DNA of 64,000 nt, taken from assembly GCA_009914755.4 (NCBI GenBank), contig CP068257.2, forward strand, positions 37,472,001 to 37,536,000, in the 5' to 3' direction. This DNA is from the human T2T-CHM13v2.0 reference genome, Homo sapiens. The notes beneath the pieces were generated by a model. That model had not been told where the DNA came from. It was given only the letters and a program-made list of their open reading frames with translations, and made no database searches. Positions 38,591 through 53,150 of this stretch are shown piece after piece (the stretch's first letter is position 1; each line of letters starts with the position of its first letter). The translations under genes and the position numbers were made by a program.

Positions 38591-40086
38591 ATTTGTCAGG
38601 AAAGAGCCTTTCACCACCCGCTGAGACCCCTCCCGCAGCATTTCTGAGCCCAGGTGCAGGGCAGGGCTCAGCTGGCCAACCAGGCCAGCATCAGGTCACA
38701 ATGAACTCGCAACATGGATAGGAAAGGCCCAAGTCCTCTAAGCCTCAGAATTCAGTGCCACCTAGAGGCTCCTCTGTTGCATGATTTCTCAATTCTGAGT
38801 GAAAAGGCAGGCCCAGCCACTGGCCTCATGAAACAGGAGGTGGTCCCATGAGCCTGTAATGTCCAAAGAAGGCACTCATATTTCTTATGAGGACTTGAGA
38901 GATTGGGGCTGCCTGTCCGAGCTGCTGGCCAGGTCCCCAAGACCTGGAAGTGCTCAGTATCCCCTCGCAATTTTGCCACTCTACTCAGAGTGCAAACTGG
39001 TCAATCACTTCTGGAAACTATCTGGCAATATCTATTTGAGTTGAGCATGTGCAGCCCCTCGGCACAGCAGTCACACTCCTGATCTATACCCAACATATAT
39101 GTGCATATAAAACTCCTGCCCACCCCAGCTCACTGAAATAAGGCCCCTGAAAATCCCAGCCCCTCAGCTGGGCCATTCCCCCTTGCAGGGAAAGGGCTGG
39201 AGGAAGCTGGGAGCTCATGTTGCTCCCAGGCCCAGCAGCATCGCAAGTGTGGATGGCTCCCTCCATCCTGCCCCCTCTCGGTCCCCACCCTCTGAAGCAG
39301 CGGTTCTTAGCCAGGGATGATTTTGTCCCCTGGGGGACATTTGGCAATATCTGGAGACATTTTTGCTTGGCATACCCGGGGAAGAGGATGTACTGGCAGC
39401 TGGTGGGTAGAGGCCAGGGGTTCTGTGCAGCATCCTACGGTGCATTGGGCAGCCCCATGTGAAGGAGCATCCGGCTCCAAACGGCAATAGCAATGAAGCC
39501 AAGATATTGTGCCTTAAGTTCTCAATGGCGGAAGAGTGGGTGTAAATTATTACTTATTTTAAATAATTGGGCATTTCAGCTAAAGATTTAGAATTAAAAA
39601 ATTCTATTACAGGAGAATTCAGTTCTAAGGCAGATGCATTTATCTTGCATTTTAAAAGAACAAAGCTGCCTAATGAAAACGGCAGAGTGAGACCATGCAC
39701 TTCCTGGGCTTTAGATGCATCTTTTTCCCAGCCTGGGAAGCTGTTCCATTCTCCAGCGAACACCACTTACTACCTAATGACTGTTCCCCCATGGACCTGT
39801 GAGTGCACTCAAATCCAAAGTTCTTATGCTGGATCACTCAAAGGGATAAAAATACATTTCTACTCATTCTTTTCTTCCCTAAAGGCAATGTCCTGTTTAT
39901 CCTTCCTTGTCTCTAAATAGATAATTTAATCAAAATGAACTAACCAGATGATCTACAATAATCAACATTAGCTGTGAAAATTGTTTATGGAACTACTCGC
40001 TACCCAGCACAGATGTATTCACATTTCCTTCATAGTGCCTGGATTCTACTAGACATCACAGAAGCACAGTCCCTACAAATTAGTGA

Positions 40087-40722
<636 letters not shown>

Positions 40723-41199
40723 GAAATGCTGAAGGCTCCTTTACTGTTTTATATATTAATTCAAGTTGTTCAAATGCAATCCAACTAAATTTTTAATTTG
40801 TCTCACTGTTCTCCTCTTAAATAATTAAGTATTATCCTTTGGAAAACTGAGTTTGATAAAAGAAACCAAAATCCAACAACTCAAAATATCTCAGCAGAAA
40901 CCAACATAAGGAATCAGTATAATCCTCATTGGCTGCCCCCAGAGTCATTTAGGAAATCAACCTCAAAGTAAATGTAATCAATAATTTGCTTTAAATTCAA
41001 AAAGATGTGTACATCACAAACTAAAATTCCAAACACTATCAGAAGGTATACAATAAAAAAGGTCTCCGTGTCATCTGATTTCCCAATCTCCCTACTGTCA
41101 ACAGTTTTTTTGTGTGTTCTTTCAGAAATTCTTTACATGTACAACAAACAATATATATTTTGATAAATTATAGTTGTGCTATATACACATTGTTTCTGC

Positions 41200-42660
41200 T
41201 GGTTGCTTTTTCTTCCTTTTTTCCTGTGGTAAAATGCACATAAAATAAAATGTACCCTCTTAACTATTTTTAAGCGTATAGTTAAGCAGTATTCAGTACA
41301 TTCACATATTTGTACAGCCATCACCATTATCCATCTCTGGAACTTTTTTTATCTTGCAAAATTGAAACTCTGTACCCATTAAACAACTTCCCATATCTCT
41401 CTCCCTCCACCCCCTGGCAACCATCATTCTTTCAGTCTCTATGAATCTGACTACTCTAGATACCTCATATAAGTGGAATCATAGTGTTTGTCTTTTGGGG
41501 ACTGGCTTATTTCATTCAGCCTAATGTCCTCAAGGTTCATTCATGTTGGAGCGTGTGTCAGAATCTTCCCTTTTGAGGTTGGATAATATTCCATTGTTAT
41601 ATGTAGCACACTTCGCTTATCCGTTCATCACTGACGGACACTTGGATTGCTTCCACCTTTTGGATGTTGTGAATAATGCTGTAAATGTGGTGTACAAATA
41701 TCTCTTCAAGACCCTGCTTCCAATTCTTTTGGATCTATATCTAGAAGCGGAATTTCTTGATTATATGGTAATTCTATGTTTAATTTTTTTAGAAACTGCC
41801 ATACTGTTTTGCACAGCAGCTCCAACAAGTTACTTTCCCATCAACCATGCACAAGAGTTCCAGTTTTTCCACATCCTCACCAACACTTGTTATTTTCTGT
41901 TTTTGTTACAGTAGGCATCCTAATGGGTGTGAGGTGGTATCTCATTACAGTTTTGATTTGCATTTCCTTAATGATTAATGATGTTGAACATCTTTTCATG
42001 TGCTTACCAGCCATTTATACATCTTCTTTACAGAAATGTTTATTCAAGTCCTTTGCCCCTTTTTCAGTTGGGTTGTTTGTCTTTTTGTTGTTGATTTTTA
42101 GTCCTCTATATATACTGGATATTAATCCCTTCTCAAACATATGATTTGCAAATATTTTCTCCCATTCTATGGGTTGCCTTTTTACTCTGTTGAAAGTGTC
42201 TTTTTGATGCACAAAAGTTTCTCACCCTCATGGAGTCCAGTTTGCCTATTTTCTTCTTCTGTTGTTCATGCCTTTTGTGCCTTATCTAAGAAATCCTCAC
42301 CAAATCCAATGTCATGAAGATTTTGCCCTGTTTTCTTCTAAGACTTTTATAGTTTTCAAAGACATTTAGGTCTTTGATCCAATTTGAGTTAATTTTTGTA
42401 TATGGTGTTAGAAAAGGTCCAACTCTATTCTTCTGTTTGTGGAGATCCAGTTTTCCCAGCACCATTTGTTGAAAAACCGTTCTTTCCCTGTTGTCTTGTT
42501 GATCTGTCCATGTGGGCCCATACAGAATTCCCTCATTCCTTTCATGGCTCAGTCATATTCCATCATATAGAGGTACCATCCCTTTCCAACCTGTCCCCTG
42601 CTAAAGCCCTAAATTCCTTTCTACTGTGTTGATTTTGTAAAAATGATAGAGTATACATTT
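41200..42660 (-). repeat. L1 3' region (C-terminal ORF2 plus 3'UTR, older L1M/L1P family), antisense orientation
   Basis: The + strand reads as the reverse complement of the L1 3' end: catatttgtacagccatcaccattatccatctctggaacttttttatcttgcaaaattgaaactctgtacccattaaacaacttcccat...ctggcaaccatcattctttcagtctctatgaatctgactactctagatacctcatataagtggaatcatagtgtttg...cttatttcattcagcctaatgtcctcaaggttcattcatgttg...ggataatattccattg...cttggattgcttccaccttttggatgttgtgaataatgctg...tacattcccaccaacag-like...catttgttgaaaaaccgttctttccc. The minus-strand ORF at 42015-42212 encodes ...QPIEWEKIFANHMFEKGLISSIYRGLKINNKKTNNPTEKGAKDLNKHF..., the conserved L1 ORF2 C-terminal motif. Confidence 0.75.
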
Positions 42661-45600
42661 TTATTTATGTGCAGATGTGTGTGTGTGTGTTTGTATATAT
42701 ACACACACACATAAATTCTTGGAAGTAAAATTCTTGGCATAAATTATTTGCAGTAAAAAAAAAAAAAACAAAAAAAACAGATTATTCTGGCTGAAAAGGC
42801 AGAATCATCCAACCCACCACCAGATAATCCATTTGTGTTTTTTAAATAAAAATTCATTGTAATAAAATTGAAGCAGTCAAGAGAGACATGAAATGAAAAA
42901 TGACATTTTCACCTCAGCCCCAGTCATTCTACCCACTGGTTAACAATTCCTTGCAATTTCCTTCCAGAAAGAAATGATTATGCATATACTCAGAAATATG
43001 TACTTGTATATTTTTATTTGCATGAGTAGGCAGACTATAGACATTACTATACATCCCAAATATATTCTAGTACTCTGCTTGTTTTGTATGTGTGTGTGTG
43101 TCTTCTGGAAAAGTTACACATAATTAGCTTTCTACCAACAGAATTGTATATTAGAAGGAAAGTTTCCTTACGCCAGTGTCATCATGGGAAACCATCAACA
43201 TTTTAACATTGACAGTTAGATAGGTAAAAAGTATGTCTCAGAGAAAATAGATATTACTTTTCTTAAGAATAATATGGTTTCTGTTCTAGGAGCCAGGAGG
43301 TGGGAGGAGAACAAGATGGAAAAACTTTCCATCTTTTTATACTTATTTTCTTGTGAAGGGTCTTTATTTGTCTTTTGCCCAGTTTTTATTATTTTATTGC
43401 TTTTTCTTCTGGAATTGTATGTTTTATTTCTTATGGAAATTAGTTAGGCTAGCTGCTATAACAAAAATAGCCAACAAAATATGTGTCTTAAATGAAATAA
43501 ATGGTTGTTTCTCTCACCTATGACAGTCTGAAGTGAATGTCTCATACTGCTACACATGGCCACTCATATGATACACTAAAATCACATTCAGGTACCCAGG
43601 TTCCTTCCATCTTATTTTTCCACCATGACTCAAGATGTTGTTCTCTTCCGCAATGTCAATACTGGGGTAGGGGCACATCTGTGTTCTAGCTATGGAGAAG
43701 GGGGAAGAACATGGGCAAGAGTCATACCAACTCCTTCAAACCCCTGGCCCAGAAGTGACCCACATTGCTCTGCTCATATCCTATGGGTTAGAATTTGGTC
43801 ATATGGCCACATCTAACTGCCAGGACAGCTGAAAGATAGAGTATAGTTGGGCTATGTATTAACTATCTACTCTATTCTGCCTAACAATATTACCACTAAT
43901 AACTTAGGGCTTAAAACTAAACATTTCTTATCTTACAGAATCTGTGAGTCAGGAGTTTGGTTTGGCTCAACTGGGTCCTTTGCAAGATGGCAGTCAAAGC
44001 ACTGGCTAGGCTGTAGTCTCATCTGAGGTTTGACTGGGGAAGGATACACTTTCAAGTCCAGGCAGGTTGGCAGAACTCAATTGGACTGGAGGCTTCAACG
44101 TCTTGCCTTGTTATCCATCAGCCCTGCCCTGTTATCCTCAGCTCTTAGAAGCCCTCAGTTCCTTGCCATGTAGGGTTTCCTCAAGGCCAATGGGGAGAGA
44201 GAAAATCCAGCAAGATGGATATGACAATGCTATATATATAATTACATACACACAATCATGTCAATCCTGATACCTTTTCCATGCACTATTGATTAGAAGT
44301 CATATGTCCTACCCATACTCAAGGGGAGGAAGCAACATAAGGGCATGAACACCAGGTACTAGGGATTGTGAAGGCCACCCAAGAGTGCTATGTAGGCCTC
44401 TCTAGAATCCCATGACAATTAAAGAAGGAAAATAGATTTCAGTGGATATCTAGCTGTCAGCTTCCACCACAAAATGTGTTGCAAATATTTTTCTTAGCAA
44501 AGAAAAATGCTCAGAAAAGTGCTAGGTTGAAAATTGGCTTCATACTTTAATTTGATGGTTATTTTGTGGTTGGTATTTTAAATGTGCTTATGGCATTCTT
44601 GACTTACAAAAGCTTTTAGTTTGTGTGAAGTCAAATTTATCAATATTTTCCTTTACTGCTTCTGGATTTTGTTATGATTTATGGCATTTCATGAAAGACC
44701 TCCCCTAAGATTATGTGAAATTCCACCCATGTTGGCTCCTAAAATAACTCATATTATTATGGCCAAGCATCCCATTTTTCAGAACGTTTTCTTCACTACC
44801 AGGATAATTTGTTTGTATAAACTATTTTGCTGCTGACTTGCTTGAAAGCTATTTGTTCACAGTTTTGCTCATCAGTGACTTTTTAAGGTAAAGAAGTGGG
44901 ATTTCAGCAAATTATTTTCACCCTTTAGTTTACAATTCTTAGTACAGCTCTAAGATAAGCAATAAAATTTCATGGAAAGCAGCTTTTTTATGCAAAATCA
45001 GCATCATTCATGTTGAGTCAACGATACAGTTCTTTCCAGCTCTCTTCGACCTTTCTTCTACAGGGGACACATTTTTGTGGTCTCTCTCAGGTGTTTGCCC
45101 TCAGAGGTCACTCTGGTGCTGACTGTTTCCTTCCAAATACAAAACGATGATTGTGCCAATAGGATCCATTTACTTACAATCACTTGCCTCTCAAACAAAG
45201 GCTAAATTATTTGGAAATCCCAAAGAAACACAGAGTTTCTTCTTTTCCATCAGCAAATATTCAGTGCACCTTCTACAATGGGCCAAGCACTCTGTGCAAA
45301 GTGGGTAGCTGCTGGCAAAAAAAAAAAAAAAAAAAATACACCCTTTCAAAATTGCCACCAGGAAAGGCGAATCATCTTTTAGTTCTACAGATTCTACATT
45401 TGTGATAATATTCCAATAGTCTTCAGATGACCAAGTAGCATCAAGACCTTCCAGCATGGTCACCTAGAGCCCTTGTGACTAGACTAGACAGAAAAAAGAT
45501 GGAAGGGAGGGGAGGGGCCGACCCATGCATCCCTGCATCAGCCACAGTTTTTCAATCTGCAATACCCAGTGTTTTGCCAGGCCCTTCAGAACTGATCTCC

Positions 45601-47026
45601 ATAAGTACTTGTGTAGCAGGTATCAGTCTCTGTCAGTGAATGGAGGTGTGTGAGAAATTCAGCTCTGTGCATTCCTCCATAGCATGGCTTAATTTCCACC
45701 ATAAGCCCTCACCCTATCAATGGCAGAGGCTAAAGCTCAGTCCACTGGCCGAGCTGCAGCTGAGGTTTAGGGGACTTGCCTCATTCTTGCCTTGGGGAGG
45801 GGCTGAGGTGAGCCGAGGGGGTTGATATCCATGCCTGCCCCTCTGAGGAGACCTCATTGCCATCGATCCTGGTGAGGCACCCCCACTCCCCCATTGAAGG
45901 CCCCCACAGTCCTGAACTGTCTCTGCATGTGCTGGCAATGGGTCCCTCACATCTGCCTCCCCACCCAGTGTCTGTGCACAGCTGTTCTTTCTGACAGCCC
46001 TGGAAATGGAAAGCCTAGACCTGACCCCAGTTGATTCTCTTTCTGCTGTCCCATCTCTTCCCTGAGACAACCAAACCCTTCCCAAGTGAAAGGTTAGAGG
46101 GCAAAAAGGGAAGCACCAATTGGCATTTCCAAGTAATACCCACCACGCCAGTCCACAAGGCTGGAGGGCAACCAGAAGATTCAGACCCAAGACACAAATG
46201 GACCATCAACTGATCATAGTGCAGGAAAGGCCTTCTTAAAAAGGAAGCTATAAATTGCTCCTTAACGCTGCAAGGCAAGGTAAGCCTTGATTTAGATAAG
46301 TATGATTAAAGCAGCTTTCAGGAGACACTAAAAGCTTATGACTTTAATTATAATACAGGCTCATATTAACAAAGACACAACCAAAATAATACTGATTTAA
46401 ACAAGAAAACCTTTTATTTTCTCTTACAGAGCTGCACAAGTTCAGTTTCCTTCTATCTCCTTGTCCTGCCACCTAGGCTGCAGGCCTGCAGGTAGGAGTG
46501 GGGAAAAGGGAAGGGGCCTGTTCCCCTGGGGGCCACAACCCAAAAGGTGCCTGAATGCTTTCCTTCCCTCCCCGGGGCCATTCCTGGCCACAAGGGAAGA
46601 TGGGAAAGGCAGCCCTTATGTTGCCGAAAACTGTGGCTGCTTTAACTACAGAGAAGGAACAAATAAAGATTAAAGAACAAGGAGCAATATTTGTCACTCT
46701 TATATAATAAAACAGCTAAACAGTTTTATATCCATTCTCCAATGCCCAGCTCCAGCATCACCAACACCGTTAGTTCTCTGAACTAACAGTGATTCCTTCC
46801 ATCTCCAAACTTTATCTGTACCATTCATGTGATGATTACCCTCACATGGCCTGTCTCCCACAGGCTGACCCCTGAATCTCCTCTACATCCAGCGTGACAG
46901 CGCCCACCTCCGCTAAGGGGGCTCCGCTTTCCTGCCTAGCTCCTTCAGTTTCTTGCCGCGAAAATGGTCTTTGTATTGCACTTTGTGGCTGACAGACACC
47001 GTCCGTTACCTCTCAGCATTGTTTCA

Positions 47027-47436
47027 ATACACACACATTAACACACACTCGCGCACACACACACGTACACACTCGCACACACTCCCACATGTACACATAT
47101 ACACGCACACCCACACATGTACACAGTCACACACAAACTCACTAACACAAACATGTATACATTCACTAACACACACAAACTCACGAACACGTGCTAACAT
47201 GTACACACTAATACACTCATACATACACACGAACACATTCACACACACATGCACATTCACTAACATGTACACACTCACACATTCACACATGCACACCTAC
47301 TAACACATGTATATACTAACACACTACATGTACATTCACTAACACACACGTGTACACACATGCACTCAGTAACACACATGCACACTAACACACATGCACA
47401 CTAACACATACATGCACATTCACTAACACACTCACA
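47027..47436. repeat. CA-rich complex tandem repeat (degenerate units acacactcacacatgtacac / cactaacacacatgcacac)
   Basis: acacacattaacacacactcgcgcacacacacacgtacacactcgcacacactcccacatgtacacatatacacgcacacccacacatgtacacagtcacacacaaactcactaacacaaacatgtatacattcactaacacacacaaactcacg ... cactaacacacatgcacactaacacatacatgcacattcactaacacactcacac. A smaller related block lies at 47918-47958. Confidence 0.8.
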
Positions 47437-48678
47437 CTGTAGCAGGACAAGCTGCAGACAAAACCTCTCAGACACTGAGTTAAAGAAGGAAGGGCTTTAT
47501 TCGGCCGGGAGCTTCGGCAAGACTCACGTCTCCAACAACAGAGCTCCCCGAGTGAGCAATTCCTGTCCCTTTTAATGGCTCACAACTCTAAGGGGGTCCG
47601 CATGAGTGGGTCGTGATCGTGAGAGGGTCGTGATGGATTGAGCAAGCAGGGGGTACGTGACTGGGGGCTGCATGCACCAGTAATTAGGACGGAACAGAAC
47701 AGGATGGGGATTTTCACAGTGCTTTTCTATACAATGTCTGTAATCCACAGATAACATAACGCATTAGGTCAGGAGTCGATCTTTAACTACCAGGCCCAGG
47801 GGGTGGCACCGGGCTGTCTGCTTGTGGATTTCATTTCTGCCTTTTAGTTTTTACTTCTTCTTTCTTTGGAGGCAGAAATTGGGCATAAGACAATATGAGG
47901 GGTGGTCTCCTCCCTTAACACACATACACACTAACACACACACATACACATGCACACACTTCTTTACTAACAGAGCCCCAGTGTGTTCCGAGGCAGTGGA
48001 GAGGACGCCCCTACCCAGCACTGTGGTGAGCCATGATTGGTCTAGACCAGATGTGGCCATTTGTTTTCCCTTTGCTGTCCAGAGATGGCCACATGACCCA
48101 TGTCTGGCTAGTGAGATGTAAGTGGATGTTCTCTGCAGGGACCTTCTAGGAAACCTCTTGCTTTTGCACCAACAGGGGTCAGCCTGGGCTGGCATCACCT
48201 TTCCCCTACCTTTCCCCTTCCTCCAGCTTCAGTCTCGGAGGTCTCGGTTCCTGGAGGTGCAGCTGCCTCTGCAGCTATGAGGGGATCAGGCGACCAGATG
48301 GAGATTGTGGAGCCGAAAGAGCAGTGGGACCAGGTCCTTGATAACCTTGTTGAGCCCCTGCAGCATCCCGGGACTGTCCACTCCAGACTTCTGGACAAAT
48401 ATGACCATTCAATTATTCAGTGCTAGAAAAGAAATGAGCTGTGGAGCCACGAAAAGGCGTAGAGGAACCTCAAATGCACACTGCTAAGGGAAAGAAGCCA
48501 GTCTGAAAAAGCTACACGCTGCGTAAGTCCAACCATGTGACATTCAGGAAAAGGCAAAACTATGGAGACAGTGAAAAGTCAGTGGTTGTCAGGGGTTAAG
48601 GGGAGGAAGGGATAAATAGGTGGAGCACAGAGGATTTTTAGGGCAGTGAAACTGTTCCGTATGATGCTACAATGGTGG

Positions 48679-48842
48679 ATCCATGTCATTACACGTTTGT
48701 CCAGGCCCGTAGAACATACAACCCCAAGAGTGAGCCCTGTGTAAACTCTGGCTCTGGTGAATCCATGTCATTACACGTTTGTCCAGGCCCGTAGAACATA
48801 CAACTCCAAGAGTGAGCCCTGTGTAAACTCTGGGCTCTGGGC
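48679..48842. repeat. Tandem duplication, 2 copies of a ~81-bp unit, about 97% identical
   Basis: Copy 1 is atccatgtcattacacgtttgtccaggcccgtagaacatacaaccccaagagtgagccctgtgtaaactctggctctggtga. Copy 2 is atccatgtcattacacgtttgtccaggcccgtagaacatacaactccaagagtgagccctgtgtaaactctgggctctgg. Confidence 0.85.
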
Positions 48843-49025
48843 GACGGTGATGCACCAATGCAGGTTCATCCATTGTAACAAATGTACCCTCTGGTGGAGG
48901 ATGTTGATAATGGCGGAGGCTGTGCATGTGTAGGGGCTGAGAAACCTCTGTACCTTCCACTCAATTTTGCTGTGAACCTAAAACTTCTCTAAAAAGTAAA
49001 GTCTATGAATTTAAAATATATACGC

Positions 49026-49047
49026 ATATATATATATATATATATAT
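49026..49047. repeat. (TA)n microsatellite
   Basis: atatatatatatatatatatat. Confidence 0.9.
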
Positions 49048-49574
49048 GACTATTCATGTTATTTGTTTCTGCCTCTGCAGTCAGGAGACACTTGCAACCA
49101 TGTACACTTCCAACAGATACCATCTGCCTTCCTGCCACTTCTCATCCACCCCATTGTGAACTCACAAAACACATCCCAATTCCTTCCCAAGCTGAAAATC
49201 CGGAAAACAAACCACCTGAGTCCACCAGCATGCCACTGCCTCTGGTGCACCCACATTGCCTTCATGGCCCTGACACGGACTTGGGTTTGATGGACCTGGG
49301 AGTCAGTTGGCCCCAGGCCGGATGGCCCCCACTCAGGTCCTGTGTGTGCACATGAGTCCAAGAGACCCTGGGCTCAATTCTCAGCTGAAACCTGAACTCT
49401 GCAGGATGGGTCAGTCATCTGCCGCAGGCATTTGCCAGGCCTGGCTCACTGAGTCATAACGAGGTTAGTTATGTGACTGTCAGCCCTGGAGGGCAGGCAG
49501 AGGCTGCTCACATCCCTTTGTGGGGCCTTAGGGCTTCACGCTGGACCTGGACCCACACAGGAATTCCCTTAGTG

Positions 49575-49725
49575 TTTCTTTTTCTTTTTTTTTCTTTTTT
49601 TTTTTTTAAGAGAAGGGGTCTCACTGTGTTGTCCAGGCTAGTTTCAATCTCCTGACCTCAAGTGACCCACCCTCCTCGGCCTCCCAAAGTGCTGGGATTA
49701 CAGGTGTGAGCCACAGCAACCAGCC
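49575..49725 (-). mobile_element. Partial Alu / free left Alu monomer (FLAM-like), minus orientation with T-rich leader
   Basis: tttctttttttttctttttttttttttaagagaaggggtctcactgtgttgtccaggctagtttcaatctcctgacctcaagtgacccaccctcctcggcctcccaaagtgctgggattacaggtgtgagccacagcaaccagcc is the reverse complement of the Alu left arm only. There is no right arm. Confidence 0.7.
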
Positions 49726-51306
49726 TCAAACGGTCTTTTCTTTGTGACAGCATCCAGTCTCCTAGAATCCAGCTCCCAGCTATCCATGAAAACCCTCATG
49801 GCCTTGGCTGGAAGAAGAGAGCTGGCAGCAGATCAGACAGAAAGCACCAGACAGAACCCTAAGGCCATCACCTCCCACACTCCTGAGTCAGCAGAGGTCG
49901 CAGATAAAACCTGCCTGGAGAGGGCCCTCTGCCTGTGGGCTCTTAGCTCTCAGCTCTCAGCTCTGCAGCCTGGAAGGAAACCCAGGAGGTGTGAGTTGAT
50001 GATTGCAGAGAAGAGAGCTGGGAGGTCAGCCCCTCCAAAGGTGCCTGCCCAGAGCGCGTGGGGTCACATATGGAAACCATTTCTGGGGAGGGAGAGCGGG
50101 AATCTGGAAATGAGGCCACACCAGGGGGTCCGGCCATGAATACAAGAAGGAAAGCCTTGTTGAAGGGAGGCCCATGGCAGACACAGCTCAGTGGAAGGAG
50201 GAAAATACTCAGCATTCCAACAACTTCTAGTAAGAAATCTTAAAAAAACGGAGAAATCCACGCGCTTGTGGTTTTAATCAATGCAACAACGCAACAGGAG
50301 GCTGGCTCAGAGCAACGCGAGGATGAGGCAGGGCCCAGAACACTGAGGCCTAAATGTGGAGCACACCAGTGTGGACATGAAAAACTGGCAGTGTGATCTG
50401 AGACCACTCAGTGGCCCCTTTAAGTGGTGACAATTTCCACCCAGAAGAAACGGGTGACAATTTTGAGATCCTGATTCAATAGGTTCCCCACAGATCAGTT
50501 TCTCCTCGGAGAACAGAACCTCCTGAATCTTAAGAATATTAATATCTCCAGGGCTGAATGTCCCAGCACTACTGATAAAGAACAGCCTCTTCCAGGAAAA
50601 GGAGCCGTTTTTTATCTTTGCTAATAACCAGCCAGTCTCATAAAAACTGGGAGGGAAAAAAAATCCTTAAAAATATTTACTTAAAAAACAATCAATAGAC
50701 ACACTAAAAAGCTCATGCATACTGATTTCTTTGATGTGTTTTTAATTGCTTAAGGGTCTTTGTAGAAAAATGAGCAAAGAGCATTATTTATACATTTACA
50801 TATTTAGAAGAGAGCAGGTTAAAAACTCCAACTTCACCAGCAGCAGCAAAGAACCTTTGTTGAGCAATACTGTCCCCTTGTGTCCAATCTTCACTTAATG
50901 CTTTCCTAAGTTAAGTACAGCTGCTTGATGGGACATTCTGCAGTAGTAAACGACTTCTACATTTTGCTGCCCTTTAAGACTTGCATTCCTGCAGGAAACA
51001 TGCATATGCAATACCAATTCTAAGTAAGGGGAAATCTGATTTAAGAAAATTGGCCTCAGGTATTCATGATGGAGTTCACAGCATGGGAAAATGTGGGCCA
51101 TCGATGTGGTGAAGAAAGCCTCACTTCCATCCCAGCTTTTTCACTGTTCCCCACGAGTAAGTAAGTGAACGGCAAATGTGCAAGGGAGTTAAAGTGTAAA
51201 TTCCTCCCGGCCCATATAATTGACTTGCTGAATTTTTGCAGTAACAAAAGACTGCTGTTCAAAACATTTCCAGTGACATTTTAAGACTACCTATAAAGAG
51301 AAGTTC

Positions 51307-51677
<371 letters not shown>

Positions 51678-51715
51678 TTAATCCTGATATTCAGCAAATA
51701 TTTATCCAACAGGGG

Positions 51716-52027
51716 TTTACTTATTTATTTTTGAGACAGATTATTATTTATTTATTTATTTATTCACTCGTCACCCAGGCTGGACTGCAATGGCGTGATC
51801 TTGGCTCACTGCAACCTCTGCTTCCCAGGTTCAAGCTATTCTCCTGCCTCAACCTCCTGAGTAGCTGGGATTACAGGCACCACGCCCAGCTAATTTTTGT
51901 GTTTTTAGTAGAGACAGGGTTTCGCCATGTTGGCCATGCTGGTCTCGAACTCCTGACCTCAAGCGATCCACTCACCTCAGCCTCTCAAAGTGCTGAGATT
52001 ACAGGCATGAGCCACTGCACCCATCCA
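51716..52027 (-). mobile_element. Alu element, minus orientation, whose tail-proximal end has been replaced or expanded by a (TTTA)n microsatellite
   Basis: ttatttatttttgagacagattattatttatttatttatttattcactcgtcacccaggctggactgcaatggcgtgatcttggctcactgcaacctctgcttcccaggttcaagctattctcctgcctcaacctcctgagtagctgggattacaggcaccacgcccagctaatttttgtgtttttagtagagacagggtttcgccatgttggccatgctggtctcgaactcctgacctcaagcgatccactcacctcagcctctcaaagtgctgagattacaggcatgagccactgcacccatcc. Confidence 0.9.
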
Positions 52028-53039
52028 AACCATTGTGCTCTTTTCTGTATGCGGGACTTGGGAAAGGTGGGACACTCTGGAGATTCCTGCCTCAAGCCAC
52101 ATTCTCCTCTGCAAGATGGCTAAAAGATTTTGTGCTTTGTGAAAGAGCAGAATCTGTTTTGTACCTAAGGCCTCTGGTCTCTAAATCCTAAAATCTCTCC
52201 GCTGGGGTCCCCTGAAGTGTCTGGTACTTACTGCTCTTCTCGCTGTGCCTAATTAAGATGATCTGGATTCGCATGACAGGAACATATGGTAATTAAGTAC
52301 CAAAATCTCACAAAAGCACCAGAAATCAAAAATAGATTTTTCTAGTAAAGTCAGAATTAAAATCCCTATTTTTTTAAGTCTTCTTAAAGAGACATACATA
52401 CCATAAAAGTTCTAGCAAAGAATTTATAAACCGAAATGTAGAATGACTTCACATATAATCTGCAAATCAGGCTGCTGTGTGACCTACTTCTATTCCCATT
52501 TTATGAGTAGGAAAACTGAGGTAAAAAAAAAAAAAACCAGGGTTTGAGTACTACTTGCAAGTCACCGGCATCAGTCTCCCATGTATACCCACAGTCAGAC
52601 GTCACCACAGCCTGTGGCCACCAGCTGCAGAACTCCATAATATTTGTGAGCCCAAATTACACAGCAGGTGGCCCCAGGTAGAGGGGCACAGCCCTTCATC
52701 TAGAGGAACTGCAATACCACAGGGCTGGATGAGCTGGCTCAAGGTTTTCTGCTTGCAACGTGGCTGTGTACTATTATGCTATAGGTGACTTTGTCTGTTT
52801 CTACCTGCCTGGAGATACAGGAAAATGCTCATGCTTCACACCCAGAACCCTCAGGAGAGCCGCATGGACTCCTCAGAGCCTCCAGGTTTCCAACCAGGTA
52901 GGAGGAGACTCAGACATCTTTTGTGAGTGAGGGTACCCGATGGAGGGGAGGAAGGCCTAGAGAGGGATGCAATCATCCTCATCATTCCCAGTTTTCTGCC
53001 AGAGCCTGGGGACACAGGAAGGCAGGAAGACTCGGGGCT

Positions 53040-53150
53040 ATCTAAATCCAAGTTCAAATCCTGACTCAGTTACTCACTAACTGGTGATGGATACATTAGT
53101 TCCCTGATCTGCAGTTTTCTCAATCATGAAAAGGAGGTAATACTTAGCTT
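53040..53150 (-). repeat. MIR core fragment, minus orientation
   Basis: aagttcaaatcctgactcagttactcactaactggtgatggatacattagttccctgatctgcagttttctcaatcatgaaaaggaggtaatacttagc, compared with the reverse-complement MIR ggttcaaatcctggctctgccacttactagctgtgtgaccttgggcaagttacttaacctctctgagcctcagtttcctcatctgtaaaatggggataataatagtacc. Confidence 0.5.

Noticed and set aside
38171-38721. His/Thr-rich and Cys/Val-rich ORFs of 71-150 aa, and similar ORFs at 46953-47303 and 47024-47296
   Set aside because: These are frame translations of CA-rich tandem repeats (HTHT..., CVCV...). They are mirrored on both strands.
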